Shown here: piece after piece, positions 1 to 9,030 of the stretch
How positions within the stretch are numbered: the stretch's first letter is position 1
Layout: the number at the start of each line of letters is the position of its first letter
Assembly: GCF_048266405.1 (NCBI RefSeq)
Contig: NZ_JBLWZO010000003.1
Span: 202,016 to 266,015 of the forward strand
Length of the DNA stretch: 64,000 bases
From: Celeribacter sp.
GTDB lineage: Bacteria > Pseudomonadota > Alphaproteobacteria > Rhodobacterales > Rhodobacteraceae
Direction: 5' to 3'
Notes under the pieces: model-generated
Database searches by the model: none
What the model saw: only the letters and a program-made list of their open reading frames with translations
Told to the model about the DNA's origin: nothing
Position numbers and translations under genes: made by a program

Positions 1-254
1 AACACAGCTACGTTTGGCGCGGAGCCGGCTTCGGCGTCGATGACGATTTGCTGTTCAAAGCTATCGGAGCCAACATATTTAACTTCAGCGCCTGTCTTCT
101 CTTCGAAAATATCAAAGATTTTTGCGATAGTTTCGGACTCAGGGCTGAGCCACGGACCTGCAACTGTAATCACTTCGCCAGACAGGTCCTGCGCGGATGC
201 GGCCCCGATGGAAAGTGCGGCAACAGCGGCACCCGTCAAAAGATATGTCTTCAT
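1..254 (-). CDS. Sugar ABC transporter substrate-binding protein, N-terminal part only (runs off the left edge of the window)
   Basis: Reverse strand reads MKTYLLTGAAVAALSIGAASAQDLSGEVITVAGPWLSPESETIAKIFDIFEEKTGAEVKYVGSDSFEQQIVIDAEAGSAPNVAV. It has a Sec signal peptide followed by a family-1 solute-binding N-terminus. The ATG is the complement of 252-254. It is divergent from a LacI regulator. Confidence 0.7.
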   Translation of the reverse strand, partial: MKTYLLTGAAVAALSIGAASAQDLSGEVITVAGPWLSPESETIAKIFDIFEEKTGAEVKYVGSDSFEQQIVIDAEAGSAPNVAV

Positions 255-335
255 GTAAACCTCCCAGTTTCTGCCTAGACAATGGTACGTTTCCGAGCGC
301 TCAAGCGATGGAATCAAACAGATTCGATCCATTTA

Positions 336-349
336 CCAAAGCGCTTTGG
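336..349. promoter_or_regulatory. Perfect 14-bp palindrome CCAAAGCGCTTTGG, candidate operator for the LacI-family regulator
   Basis: Lies in the divergent promoter region between the binding-protein gene and the LacI gene. The same 12-bp core recurs at 1639-1650, upstream of the beta-glucosidase gene. Confidence 0.45.
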
Positions 350-569
350 ATGCCCTAGGGTGGTTTAAACTGGCGGCACTGTCAATGATGTTAGCGCGGC
401 CATAAACGCACAGTCCCCCCAAACAGTGGACACAAATGCCAATGCTGCAATGCAGCATCAAGTTGATTGACGAACCCAACGTCAAACACGGACTAAACCT
501 TTGCCATGAAACAGGAAACGCTCTACGCTTTATCAATATTCCAAGCAGACCAAAGGGCCGTCGTTCCCC

Positions 570-1601
570 ATGAATCTCAAAAAACTTTCAGATATAGTTG
601 GCTTATCGCAAACGACAGTGAGCCGCGCACTCAATGGATATCCAGAGGTTTCGGAAGCCACCCGCGAGCGCGTGCGCAAGGCTGCCGAAAAGTATAACTA
701 CGCACCGAACAACCGTGCGCGTTCCTTGGCGACAGGGCGCACCCACGCCGTCGGCCACGTGATTCCCGTTTCCACCGAACACGAAGTGGTTAACCCCGTA
801 TTCACCGACTTCATCGCAGGTGCGTCCGAGATCTACGCTCGCGAAAACTACGATATGCACCTGAAAATTGTCCCCGACGCGCAAGAGGAACAAACCTACC
901 GCGACATCGCGCTCAAAGGCGCGGTGGATGCGGTCATCGTTCACGGACCAAAGGACAACGACAAACGGATCGAACTGCTCCGCAGCATCGGCATGCCCTT
1001 TGTCGTGCATGGGCGCTCGGGTGGCAAAGGTGAAGATGACTATTCGTGGGTGGATATGAACAATGCGCGGGCATTCGAGCGGGCCACCGATTTCCTGCTT
1101 GATCTCGGGCACAGGCGGATCGGTTTGCTCAATGGATTGGAGAGCATGGATTTTGCCTTGCGCCGCCGCCACGGCTACACCGCCTCGCTCACCGCACGCG
1201 GCATTCCCGAAGACCCTACCATTTGTTACTCTGCTGAAATGACAGAGGAATTCGGCTATAACGCGACCAGCGCCATGCTGCAATCAGACGAGCCCCCCAC
1301 GGCCTTTCTCGCCTCATCCATCATCATCGGCATCGGTGTGCGCCGCGCCTGTGAAGAGGCCAATCTGAAACTGGGGCGCGATGTGTCCTTGGTGATCCAC
1401 GACGACGATTTGTCCTATCTGCGCAATGGCACGAGTGAACCGATTTACACTGCAACCCGCTCCTCCGTGCGCCTTGCAGGACGGATTTGCGCCGATATGC
1501 TGATGCGGCGGATCGCCAATCCAAGTGCGCCACCAGAACATCGGTTGCTTGATGCCGAACTGATCATCGGCCACACCCACGGCCCTGCCCCCAAACCCTA
1601 A
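570..1601 (+). CDS. LacI-family transcriptional regulator
   Basis: N-terminal HTH LSDIVGLSQTTVSRALNGYPEVSEATRERVRKAAEKYNYAPNNRARSL, followed by a periplasmic-binding-protein-like sugar-sensor domain. 343 aa. Confidence 0.9.
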   Translation: MNLKKLSDIVGLSQTTVSRALNGYPEVSEATRERVRKAAEKYNYAPNNRARSLATGRTHAVGHVIPVSTEHEVVNPVFTDFIAGASEIYARENYDMHLKIVPDAQEEQTYRDIALKGAVDAVIVHGPKDNDKRIELLRSIGMPFVVHGRSGGKGEDDYSWVDMNNARAFERATDFLLDLGHRRIGLLNGLESMDFALRRRHGYTASLTARGIPEDPTICYSAEMTEEFGYNATSAMLQSDEPPTAFLASSIIIGIGVRRACEEANLKLGRDVSLVIHDDDLSYLRNGTSEPIYTATRSSVRLAGRICADMLMRRIANPSAPPEHRLLDAELIIGHTHGPAPKP

Positions 1602-1638
1602 AGGCCCGCTACGCAACAAAACACGCAGCGCGAAAAAT

Positions 1639-1650
1639 CAAAGCGCTTTG
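1639..1650. promoter_or_regulatory. Second copy of the CAAAGCGCTTTG palindrome, candidate LacI-family operator
   Basis: About 120 bp upstream of the GH1 beta-glucosidase start. The 12-bp core is identical to the site at 336-349. Confidence 0.45.
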
Positions 1651-1771
1651 GTGTTGTCAATTCATCTATGTAATCGTTATAGATAGCGCTAACGTTGATT
1701 TTGAAACCGACAACAACACCGCCACACATGCCCCCTTAGGGTGCAGCAATTGGCCTTAAGGGAGCACAGCC

Positions 1772-3118
1772 ATGACCAAGTCCCCCAAACTGACCCGCGC
1801 GGACTTTCCTGACGGGTTCACCTTTGGCGCTGCCACAGCGGCCTATCAGATTGAAGGCCATAGCTTTGGCGGCGCGGGTCCGACCCATTGGGACACCTTT
1901 GCGGCCACCCCCGGCAATGTGGTGCGGGCGGAAGACGGCGCGCGGGCCTGCGATCACTACCACCGCTACGCCGAGGACTTCGACCTGCTGAAAGCGGGTA
2001 ATTTTGACGCCTACCGTTTCTCAACCTCATGGGCGCGTGTTTTGCCCGAGGGGCGCGGACAGGTGAACCAAGAGGGCTTGGATTACTACGACCGCCTCAC
2101 CGATGCACTGCTTGAACGCGGGTTGAAACCGTTTCAGACGCTCTACCACTGGGAGATGCCCTCTGCCTTGTCCGATCTGGGCGGATGGACCAACCCCGAT
2201 GTTCATAACTGGTTTGGCGACTACGTCGAGATCATCGACGACCGCATTGGCGACCGCATGGAGGCGATTGCCACCATCAACGAACCGTGGTGCGTGGCGT
2301 TTCTGTCGCATTTCCTCGGTGCCCACGCACCCGGAACCCGTGACATCCGTGCCGCATCCCGTGCGATGCACCATGTCCTCAAAGCCCACGGCGAGGCGAT
2401 GACGCGCCTGCGCGCCAAAGGCCGCGACAACCTCGGTATCGTTCTCAATTTTGACTACGCCGTGCCCGCCACCGAGAGCGACGAGGACGCCCGCGCCGCC
2501 GCCACCGCCGACGCCGTGTTCAACCGCTGGTTCATCGAAGCCATCACCAAAGGCACCTACCCCGCCGAATCGCTCGAAGGCTTCGGGGCGCATATGCCGC
2601 ACGGATGGGAGGATGACCTCAAAACTTACATCCATCAGCCGCTCGACTGGCTCGGCGTCAACTACTACACTCGCAACCATCACGCCCACGACCCCGAGGC
2701 CACCGCATGGCCCTATACCAAGGGCGTCAAAGGCCACCTTGCGACCACGCAGATGGGATGGGAAATCTACCCCGAGGGCCTGCGCCACTTCATCACCCGC
2801 ATGGCCAAAGACTATGTTGGCGACCTGCCAATCTACGTCACCGAGAACGGCATGGCGTGGGATGACCGCAAGATCAACGGCACGGTCAACGATCCCGAGC
2901 GGTGCGACTTTATCCAAGGCCACATGGCCGCTATGAAACAATCCATCGCCGATGGCGCCAACCTCAAGGGCTTCTTTTACTGGTCGCTGATGGATAACTA
3001 TGAATGGGCTGAGGGCTATGAAAAGCGCTTTGGCATCGTGCATGTTGATTTCGACACCTTGCAGCGGACGCCAAAAGCCTCCTATCACATGCTCAAAGAC
3101 ATTCTGACCAAAGGCTGA
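1772..3118 (+). CDS. GH1 beta-glucosidase
   Basis: 448 aa. Carries the GH1 acid/base motif TINEPW and nucleophile motif YVTENGMA. N-terminus FPDGFTFGAATAAYQIEG. Confidence 0.92.
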   Translation: MTKSPKLTRADFPDGFTFGAATAAYQIEGHSFGGAGPTHWDTFAATPGNVVRAEDGARACDHYHRYAEDFDLLKAGNFDAYRFSTSWARVLPEGRGQVNQEGLDYYDRLTDALLERGLKPFQTLYHWEMPSALSDLGGWTNPDVHNWFGDYVEIIDDRIGDRMEAIATINEPWCVAFLSHFLGAHAPGTRDIRAASRAMHHVLKAHGEAMTRLRAKGRDNLGIVLNFDYAVPATESDEDARAAATADAVFNRWFIEAITKGTYPAESLEGFGAHMPHGWEDDLKTYIHQPLDWLGVNYYTRNHHAHDPEATAWPYTKGVKGHLATTQMGWEIYPEGLRHFITRMAKDYVGDLPIYVTENGMAWDDRKINGTVNDPERCDFIQGHMAAMKQSIADGANLKGFFYWSLMDNYEWAEGYEKRFGIVHVDFDTLQRTPKASYHMLKDILTKG

Positions 3119-3123
3119 CCTTG

Positions 3124-4101
3124 ATGAGTAAGCACCCTGCAAACACCCTTTCGCTTGTGGCCGACATCGGCGGCACCAACACGCGTGTGGCCTTGGCCAA
3201 TGGGACATCGCTTTTGCCCGAAACGGTGCGGCGCTATTCCAACCGCAAGTTCCCCGGTCTTGAGAGCATTCTCAGCCAGTATATCGCCGAAGAGGACAAC
3301 GTGGATTGCAAGGGCGCCTGTGTCGCCTTGGCCGGTCCCGTCCGTGATGGCGTTGGCACCATGACCAACCTCGATTGGGCGATTGACAAGGACACGCTGC
3401 GCCGTGCGGCCCATGCCGAACATGTCGCGATCCTCAACGATTTGCAGGCACAGGGCCACGCGCTTGGCTTTGTCGCCCCTGAAAACATCCGCACCATTAT
3501 CGACGATGCGCCCGAGCCGTCCCCCAATGCCGTGCGCATGGTGATCGGGGTCGGTACGGGCTTTAACGCCGCGCCCGTGTTCGAGACCGAGATGGGGCGG
3601 TTTGTTGCCCCGTCCGAATGCGGCCACGCCAACTTGCCGATCCGCAACGAAGACGAATTGGCGCTGTGCCAATACGTTGAAACCGCGCACGGGTTTCCTG
3701 CGGTCGAGGACGTATTGTCAGGCCGCGGGTTGGAGCGGGTCTATCTGTTCTTGGGCCAACAAGAGGGCGATCCGCGCGAGAAATCAGCCGCCGACATTAT
3801 GGCCGCTGTCGAGGCGGGCGACGATCCACGCGCCGACGCCACGGCCCAGTTGTTTGTCAAGATCCTCGGGACCGTCGCGGGCAACCTGTCGCTGATCCAA
3901 CTGCCCTTTGGCGGGGTCTACCTGATTGGCGGCGTAGCCCGTGCCATCACGCCGTATCTCGACCGTTTCGGTTTCACCGATGCCTTCCGCGACAAGGGTC
4001 GATTTGCAGGGTTTATGAAGAACTTCCCGATCTATGTGATCGAGGACGACTATGCCGCGCTGACGGGCTGTGCCTCGCATCTGGTCCATATCATGCGCTA
4101 A
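3124..4101 (+). CDS. glk: Glucokinase
   Basis: ATP-binding motif LVADIGGTNTRVAL, Glk-family length and overall similarity. Follows the beta-glucosidase gene directly. An ATG at 3124 was preferred over the TTG at 3121. Confidence 0.9.
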   Translation: MSKHPANTLSLVADIGGTNTRVALANGTSLLPETVRRYSNRKFPGLESILSQYIAEEDNVDCKGACVALAGPVRDGVGTMTNLDWAIDKDTLRRAAHAEHVAILNDLQAQGHALGFVAPENIRTIIDDAPEPSPNAVRMVIGVGTGFNAAPVFETEMGRFVAPSECGHANLPIRNEDELALCQYVETAHGFPAVEDVLSGRGLERVYLFLGQQEGDPREKSAADIMAAVEAGDDPRADATAQLFVKILGTVAGNLSLIQLPFGGVYLIGGVARAITPYLDRFGFTDAFRDKGRFAGFMKNFPIYVIEDDYAALTGCASHLVHIMR

Positions 4102-4152
4102 CCCTCCGCCCCGATTACGGGGCCAAGCGACATCTCAATACACACATTTAGG

Positions 4153-4184
4153 CCGTACAGGGAAAATCTCTGTGCGGTTTTTTT
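4153..4184 (+). terminator. Rho-independent terminator after glk
   Basis: Stem CCGTACAG / CTGTGCGG with one G-T wobble and a 9-nt loop, followed by T7 at 4178-4184. Confidence 0.7.
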
Positions 4185-4305
4185 GATGACATTTTTGCAC
4201 GATGTAACGTCGTCTTAACCCCCTGCGCCTTACACCGATGGTCAAGACAGACCAATACGGAGTTTTTGATATGGTTGCTGCGCATCCAGAAAGGGAGGGA
4301 CAGGC

Positions 4306-4587
4306 ATGAGCAAGACACTCGCTTTGCCCCAACGTCTCGACTATCAATCCTTGCCTGACTTGCTTGATGAACTGAAATCGGTGACGGATGACAGCCTTGT
4401 TCTTGACGCGCAAGAATTGCGTCATTTAGGCACCCTGCCCCTGCAAACCATTATGTCGGCAATCAAAACCCGCGCCGAAGCAGGCAAATCGACACGCATC
4501 GCCAATGCCAATGATGCCTGTATCGAAATGTTAGGCCTTTTCGGCTTTTCACCTGAAACCTTATCCCAACCGGAGGCCTGGACATGA
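4306..4587 (+). CDS. STAS-domain-like small protein, first gene of the che operon (same position as rhizobial cheS/orf2)
   Basis: 93 aa. Its stop overlaps the cheY start (ATGA). The sequence pattern resembles an anti-sigma-antagonist/STAS fold. Good RBS GGGAGGGA. Confidence 0.7.
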   Translation: MSKTLALPQRLDYQSLPDLLDELKSVTDDSLVLDAQELRHLGTLPLQTIMSAIKTRAEAGKSTRIANANDACIEMLGLFGFSPETLSQPEAWT

Positions 4588-4949
4588 GCCTTGAAGTCCT
4601 TGCTGTCGACGACAGCCGAACGATGCGTGATATGCTTAACCTTGCGCTGTCATCTGCAGGGTTTACTGCACACCTCGCTGAAGATGGCGTTCACGGGCTG
4701 GAGGTGCTCGAGAAAACCGAACCTGACGTCATCATCACCGACATCAACATGCCACGCATGGACGGATTCGCCTTTATCAACGCTGTACGTTCCGAAGAAA
4801 AATGGCGACGCATCCCGATCCTCGTTCTGACCACCGAAAGTGCGGACGAGTTAAAAACAAAGGCCCGCGCCGCAGGGGCGACAGGCTGGATCGTCAAACC
4901 ATTTGATCCCGCGAAACTCGTTAAGGCCCTTCAAATGGTCTCTGGCTGA
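4584..4949 (+). CDS. cheY: Chemotaxis response regulator CheY
   Basis: 121-aa single receiver domain with acidic pocket VDDS and phospho-acceptor context IITDINMPRMDG. Confidence 0.92.
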   Translation: MSLEVLAVDDSRTMRDMLNLALSSAGFTAHLAEDGVHGLEVLEKTEPDVIITDINMPRMDGFAFINAVRSEEKWRRIPILVLTTESADELKTKARAAGATGWIVKPFDPAKLVKALQMVSG

Positions 4950-4960
4950 GAGGTAGTCCC

Positions 4961-7270
4961 ATGTCCGATCCGATGGCAGAAATCCGCGCGTCTTTCTTTG
5001 TCGAATGCGAAGAGCTTCTCGAAAGCCTCAATGATGGCCTTCAACGAATGGATGACGGCGCGACGGACTCAGAGACAATCAACGTCGTGTTCCGCGCCGT
5101 TCACTCGATCAAGGGCGGGGCTGGTGCCTTCGGCCTCGACGACCTTGTTCGCTTCGCCCATCAGTTCGAGACAGCAATGGACGAGGTCCGTGCCGGTCGG
5201 TTCACCCCCGGCGCTGACGCAATCCGCCTGTTTTACACCTGTAGCGACATCCTTGGCGATCTCGTGCGTGCCGCCCGCGACGGCGAGGTCATCTCAGACG
5301 ACATCACGGAGCCCGTGCTCGAAACGCTCGGTAAAATGGTCGGCATCTCGCAAGAGGACGACGAAGACGCCGTGGATTTCACGCCCGCGACTCTCTCACT
5401 CGATCTCGATCTGAGCGATGATGTTGATATGGCGGACGGTATGGATTTGGGTGACTTGCCCGATCTGTCGGATCTGCCACAGCTCGATGGCACCGACGAT
5501 GTGGACGACACCATCCTCCACGATATGACAACAGCCAAGGGATTTCGCGTGTGTCTGAAGCCGGAGAACGCACTATACACCTCTGGCAACGAACCACTCT
5601 ATCTCTTTCGCGCGTTGCGCGAGCTTGGCGAGTGCACGATTACATGCCACACCGCCAACCTCCCCACGCTTGAGGACTTGGACCCAGATGCCGGCTATCT
5701 GTCGTGGACCATTGATCTGCTTACCGACGAGCCTGAAACCGCCGTTATAGATGTGTTCGAATTCGTCGATGGCCTATGCCAGTTGAGCATCACACCGCTC
5801 ACACCAGACCCCGTTGACGCGGATGAGCCGTTGCTCGACACTGCATTGGGCTCAATGAACGCTCCGGTCATGGACCGCGCGCAAGAGGCTCCCACACTGA
5901 CGGATGATCAGCCCGCAGCTTTGGACGCGCCCGCGACACCGCAAACAACTCCCACGCCGGAACCGGAAAACGCCGCAGCACCCGTTGCCGCAGCATCTCC
6001 TGCTCCTGTGCCCACGCCCGCCCCCACAGAGGCCAAAGAGGCCGTTCCTGCCCCAACGCAACCGCGCGCAACCGTGCGCGTGGACCTTGAGCGGATCGAC
6101 AGGTTGGTCAATCTCGTCGGGGAGTTGGTCATCAACCAAGCCATGCTGAGCCAATCCGTGGTAGAGGCCAATATTCCACCAAATTCGCCTGTCAGCTCGG
6201 GTCTTGAAGAGTTCTTGCAACTCACCCGCGACATTCAGGAATCAGTGATGATGATCCGCGCACAGCCGATCAAATCCCTCTTCCAACGGATGGGGCGAAT
6301 CGTCCGAGAGTCCTCAGCCTCGGTCGGCAAAGATGTCCGCATGACCACCATCGGCGAGAACACAGAAGTCGACAAAACCGTCATCGAACGCCTTGCCGAC
6401 CCCCTGACCCATATGATCCGGAATGCTGTCGATCATGGGTTGGAGACACCCGAAGTGCGTCGCGACAATGGAAAGCCTGAAATCGGACATGTCACCCTTT
6501 CCGCACAACATCGCTCGGGACGGATCGTCATCGAAATTGCCGACGATGGCGCGGGCATCAACCGTGACCGCGTGAAGGCAAAAGCCATTGAGAACGGGCT
6601 GATAGCGCCAGACGCGCAACTGAGCGACGCCGATATTGATAACCTCCTGTTTATGCCCGGATTTTCCACCGCGAGCGAAATCTCCAACCTATCTGGTCGT
6701 GGTGTCGGCATGGACGTCGTCAAAAGCGCGATTCAGGGACTCGGTGGACGTATTTCCATCTCGTCGATCGAAGGCAAAGGCACCACCTTCTCGATCTCGC
6801 TACCGCTGACCCTCGCCGTGTTGGATGGCATGGTCGTGCGCGTCGAAAACGAGACAATTGTCGTCCCTCTCAACTCCATTCTGGAAACCCTGACGCTGAC
6901 CGAAGACGACTTGGAATCCCTTGGCCCGCAAAGTCAGGTTGTTCAAGTTCGCGGCGGGTTTGTGCCATTGCTCGATTTGGGCGCCGAATTGGGATATCGC
7001 GCGCCAGAGCCAAGCTATGTTGGTCGTGTCGTGCTTTTGATCGGGCAAGAGGATGGCAATCGCGCCGCCCTCGCCGTCGATGCCATCGAAGATCAACGCC
7101 AGGTCGTCATCAAAGGCCTGGAAGGCAGCTATGGCCGCATTCCGGGCATCGCCGCAGCAACCATTTTGGGCGACGGACAAATTGCGCTCATTCTCGACCC
7201 CGGCGATCTGGTGGCGCAGGCCTCGGGCCGCACCAAAACACCCTCCCCAACCCCATCTCTCGTAGGTTAA
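4961..7270 (+). CDS. cheA: Chemotaxis histidine kinase CheA
   Basis: Hpt motif VHSIKGGAGAFGL, then a long acidic and Pro-rich linker. This is followed by a dimerisation domain, HATPase domain (DHGLE, DDGAGI, GRGVGMD) and a C-terminal CheW-like domain. Confidence 0.95.
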   Translation: MSDPMAEIRASFFVECEELLESLNDGLQRMDDGATDSETINVVFRAVHSIKGGAGAFGLDDLVRFAHQFETAMDEVRAGRFTPGADAIRLFYTCSDILGDLVRAARDGEVISDDITEPVLETLGKMVGISQEDDEDAVDFTPATLSLDLDLSDDVDMADGMDLGDLPDLSDLPQLDGTDDVDDTILHDMTTAKGFRVCLKPENALYTSGNEPLYLFRALRELGECTITCHTANLPTLEDLDPDAGYLSWTIDLLTDEPETAVIDVFEFVDGLCQLSITPLTPDPVDADEPLLDTALGSMNAPVMDRAQEAPTLTDDQPAALDAPATPQTTPTPEPENAAAPVAAASPAPVPTPAPTEAKEAVPAPTQPRATVRVDLERIDRLVNLVGELVINQAMLSQSVVEANIPPNSPVSSGLEEFLQLTRDIQESVMMIRAQPIKSLFQRMGRIVRESSASVGKDVRMTTIGENTEVDKTVIERLADPLTHMIRNAVDHGLETPEVRRDNGKPEIGHVTLSAQHRSGRIVIEIADDGAGINRDRVKAKAIENGLIAPDAQLSDADIDNLLFMPGFSTASEISNLSGRGVGMDVVKSAIQGLGGRISISSIEGKGTTFSISLPLTLAVLDGMVVRVENETIVVPLNSILETLTLTEDDLESLGPQSQVVQVRGGFVPLLDLGAELGYRAPEPSYVGRVVLLIGQEDGNRAALAVDAIEDQRQVVIKGLEGSYGRIPGIAAATILGDGQIALILDPGDLVAQASGRTKTPSPTPSLVG

Positions 7271-7274
7271 GCTC

Positions 7275-7742
7275 ATGACAGAAGACACCAAACAATCCGC
7301 ATCTGCGTCTATCGAGCTACTGTCTTTCCGCGTCGGCGGTCAGGACTATTCGGTAGATATCATGTCCGTCCGCGAAATCCGTGGGTCGGCCAAAGCCACA
7401 TCATTGCCGCACGCTCCCGCATTTGTGAAAGGCGTGATCAATCTGCGCGGTACGGTCCTTCCTATCGTCGATCTCGCGGCCCGTCTTGGTCTGGAAACAG
7501 AGGGCAACAATGATCGCAATGTGATCATCGTCGTTGATCTTGGCGGGCGCACTGCCGGTCTGATGGTCGATGCTGTCTCGGACATTCTCGCCATTCCGCA
7601 CGACGAGCTACAAGCTCCCCCCGAGATGTCGATCGACGACGCCCGCAATTTCGTATCCGCTTTGATCGTGGTTGAGAACCGCATGATCCGCGTTCTCGAT
7701 CTGGATGCTGTCATGCCCCCGCCCGATGAGGAGGCCGCATGA
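7275..7742 (+). CDS. cheW: Chemotaxis coupling protein CheW
   Basis: 155 aa with typical CheW sequence FRVGGQDYSVDIMSVREIR ... VINLRGTVLPIVDL. Confidence 0.92.
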   Translation: MTEDTKQSASASIELLSFRVGGQDYSVDIMSVREIRGSAKATSLPHAPAFVKGVINLRGTVLPIVDLAARLGLETEGNNDRNVIIVVDLGGRTAGLMVDAVSDILAIPHDELQAPPEMSIDDARNFVSALIVVENRMIRVLDLDAVMPPPDEEAA

Positions 7743-8611
7743 CTCAGGTCGCCTCCATCCCTCGAAGCGTTCCAATTGAAAGCCACATTTCTGATGCGGC
7801 TTACGCACGGATTGTTGCGCTCTCGAAGTCACAAGCGGGCATCATGCTGTCGCCCTCCAAGGTGTCGATGGTCAAATCCCGCCTGACGCGGCGTCTACGC
7901 GTGTTGGGCATCCCCACATTTGAGGGCTATCTCGACTTTCTCGAACGTGCGGAAAATGCGGATGAGATGAGCGCCTTTGTCTCGGCACTGACCACCAACG
8001 TGACGCAGTTCTTTCGTGAAAACCACCATTTCGATTTTATCAGAACCACCATCTATCCGCAGATCAAAGCCAAACTGGATCGCGGCGAAAAGGTGCGAAT
8101 TTGGTCGGCGGGATGTTCCAATGGTCAAGAGCCCTATTCGATTGCGATGACATTGCTCGATTGCGATCCCGCAATTGGCTCAAAGGACTGTCTGATTTTG
8201 GCCACCGACATTGACCCCTTGGTCTTGGCCACCGCCAGCGCTGCCTCTTATGCCGTCTCCCTGATCGGCGGCATTCCGGAGCCCCTTCTGACCAAATCCT
8301 TCACGGTGTCGCAGGAGGCTGATGGCCTGCGCTATCACGTCACGGATAAGGTGAAATCTCTGGTGCGGTTCCGTCAACTCAACCTGAATGATGACTGGCC
8401 AATGCAAGGATCATTTGACCTGATTATGTGTCGCAACGTGATGATCTATTTTGACACGACAACGCAATCTCGTTTGCTCACACGGTTCTGCAACAAGCTC
8501 ACTCAAAATGGGTGGCTGATGATCGGCCACTCTGAACGCCTACCCGATGATATTGCCCCGCAACTTACCAATGTCGGCGTCACGACTTACACGCGTGCGC
8601 ATAAACACTAA
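7739..8611 (+). CDS. cheR: Chemotaxis methyltransferase CheR
   Basis: FFRENHHF motif and SAM-binding motif IWSAGCSNGQEPYS. Start overlaps the cheW stop. Confidence 0.92.
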   Translation: MTQVASIPRSVPIESHISDAAYARIVALSKSQAGIMLSPSKVSMVKSRLTRRLRVLGIPTFEGYLDFLERAENADEMSAFVSALTTNVTQFFRENHHFDFIRTTIYPQIKAKLDRGEKVRIWSAGCSNGQEPYSIAMTLLDCDPAIGSKDCLILATDIDPLVLATASAASYAVSLIGGIPEPLLTKSFTVSQEADGLRYHVTDKVKSLVRFRQLNLNDDWPMQGSFDLIMCRNVMIYFDTTTQSRLLTRFCNKLTQNGWLMIGHSERLPDDIAPQLTNVGVTTYTRAHKH

Positions 8612-8643
8612 TGCCGTATCGCGCCAATAAAAAGGTTTAAAAC

Positions 8644-9030
8644 ATGGCACTTAGGGATCAACTCCGCATCATGGTCGTGGACGATATGTCGACCAGCCGC
8701 GGCCTCATTACAAATGCACTTGATGGATTTGGCATTCGCAATATTGCGAGTGCGTCTGATGGACCGACGGCGCTGACCAAGCTACAGACCTCTCCTGTGC
8801 ATCTGGTGATTTCAGATTACAACATGCCGGGTATGGACGGGCTTCAATTGCTCCATGCCCTGCGAACCAACCCTCGCACCAAAGGGATCGGTTTTATGCT
8901 CATTACAGGGCGTGCAGACCGTGAAATCATCGAGATGGGAAAAAAGCTCGGGATGAACAATTTTGTCAAAAAACCATTTGATCCCATGACACTCAAAATC
9001 GCAATCGAAGCGATCGTAGGGAAACTGTAA
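8644..9030 (+). CDS. cheY: Second CheY-type response regulator
   Basis: 128-aa receiver domain with VVDDMS and LVISDYNMPGMDG. Confidence 0.92.
   Translation: MALRDQLRIMVVDDMSTSRGLITNALDGFGIRNIASASDGPTALTKLQTSPVHLVISDYNMPGMDGLQLLHALRTNPRTKGIGFMLITGRADREIIEMGKKLGMNNFVKKPFDPMTLKIAIEAIVGKL

Noticed and set aside
3022-3033. Third near-copy of the operator core (AAAGCGCTTTGG) inside the beta-glucosidase gene
   Set aside because: It encodes the conserved GH1 segment EKRFG, and the left half-site is degenerate (AAAAGC rather than CAAAGC). It is most likely a coding coincidence, though a weak auxiliary operator cannot be excluded.
2027-3208. 393-aa antisense ORF across the beta-glucosidase gene. Similar long antisense or out-of-frame ORFs occur at 12353-13120, 14630-15511, 20085-21074, 33504-34319, 37874-38803, 45414-46517, 51735-52640 and 55152-56114
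   Set aside because: All lie opposite or out of frame to genes with unmistakable family motifs. They have Arg/Gly/His/Pro-rich compositions and lack RBS context. They are best explained as GC-driven open frames.
4270-4308. 12-codon upstream ORF (MVAAHPEREGQA) whose stop overlaps the start of the STAS gene
   Set aside because: It is too short and has no RBS of its own. The overlap arises from the purine-rich RBS of the STAS gene.
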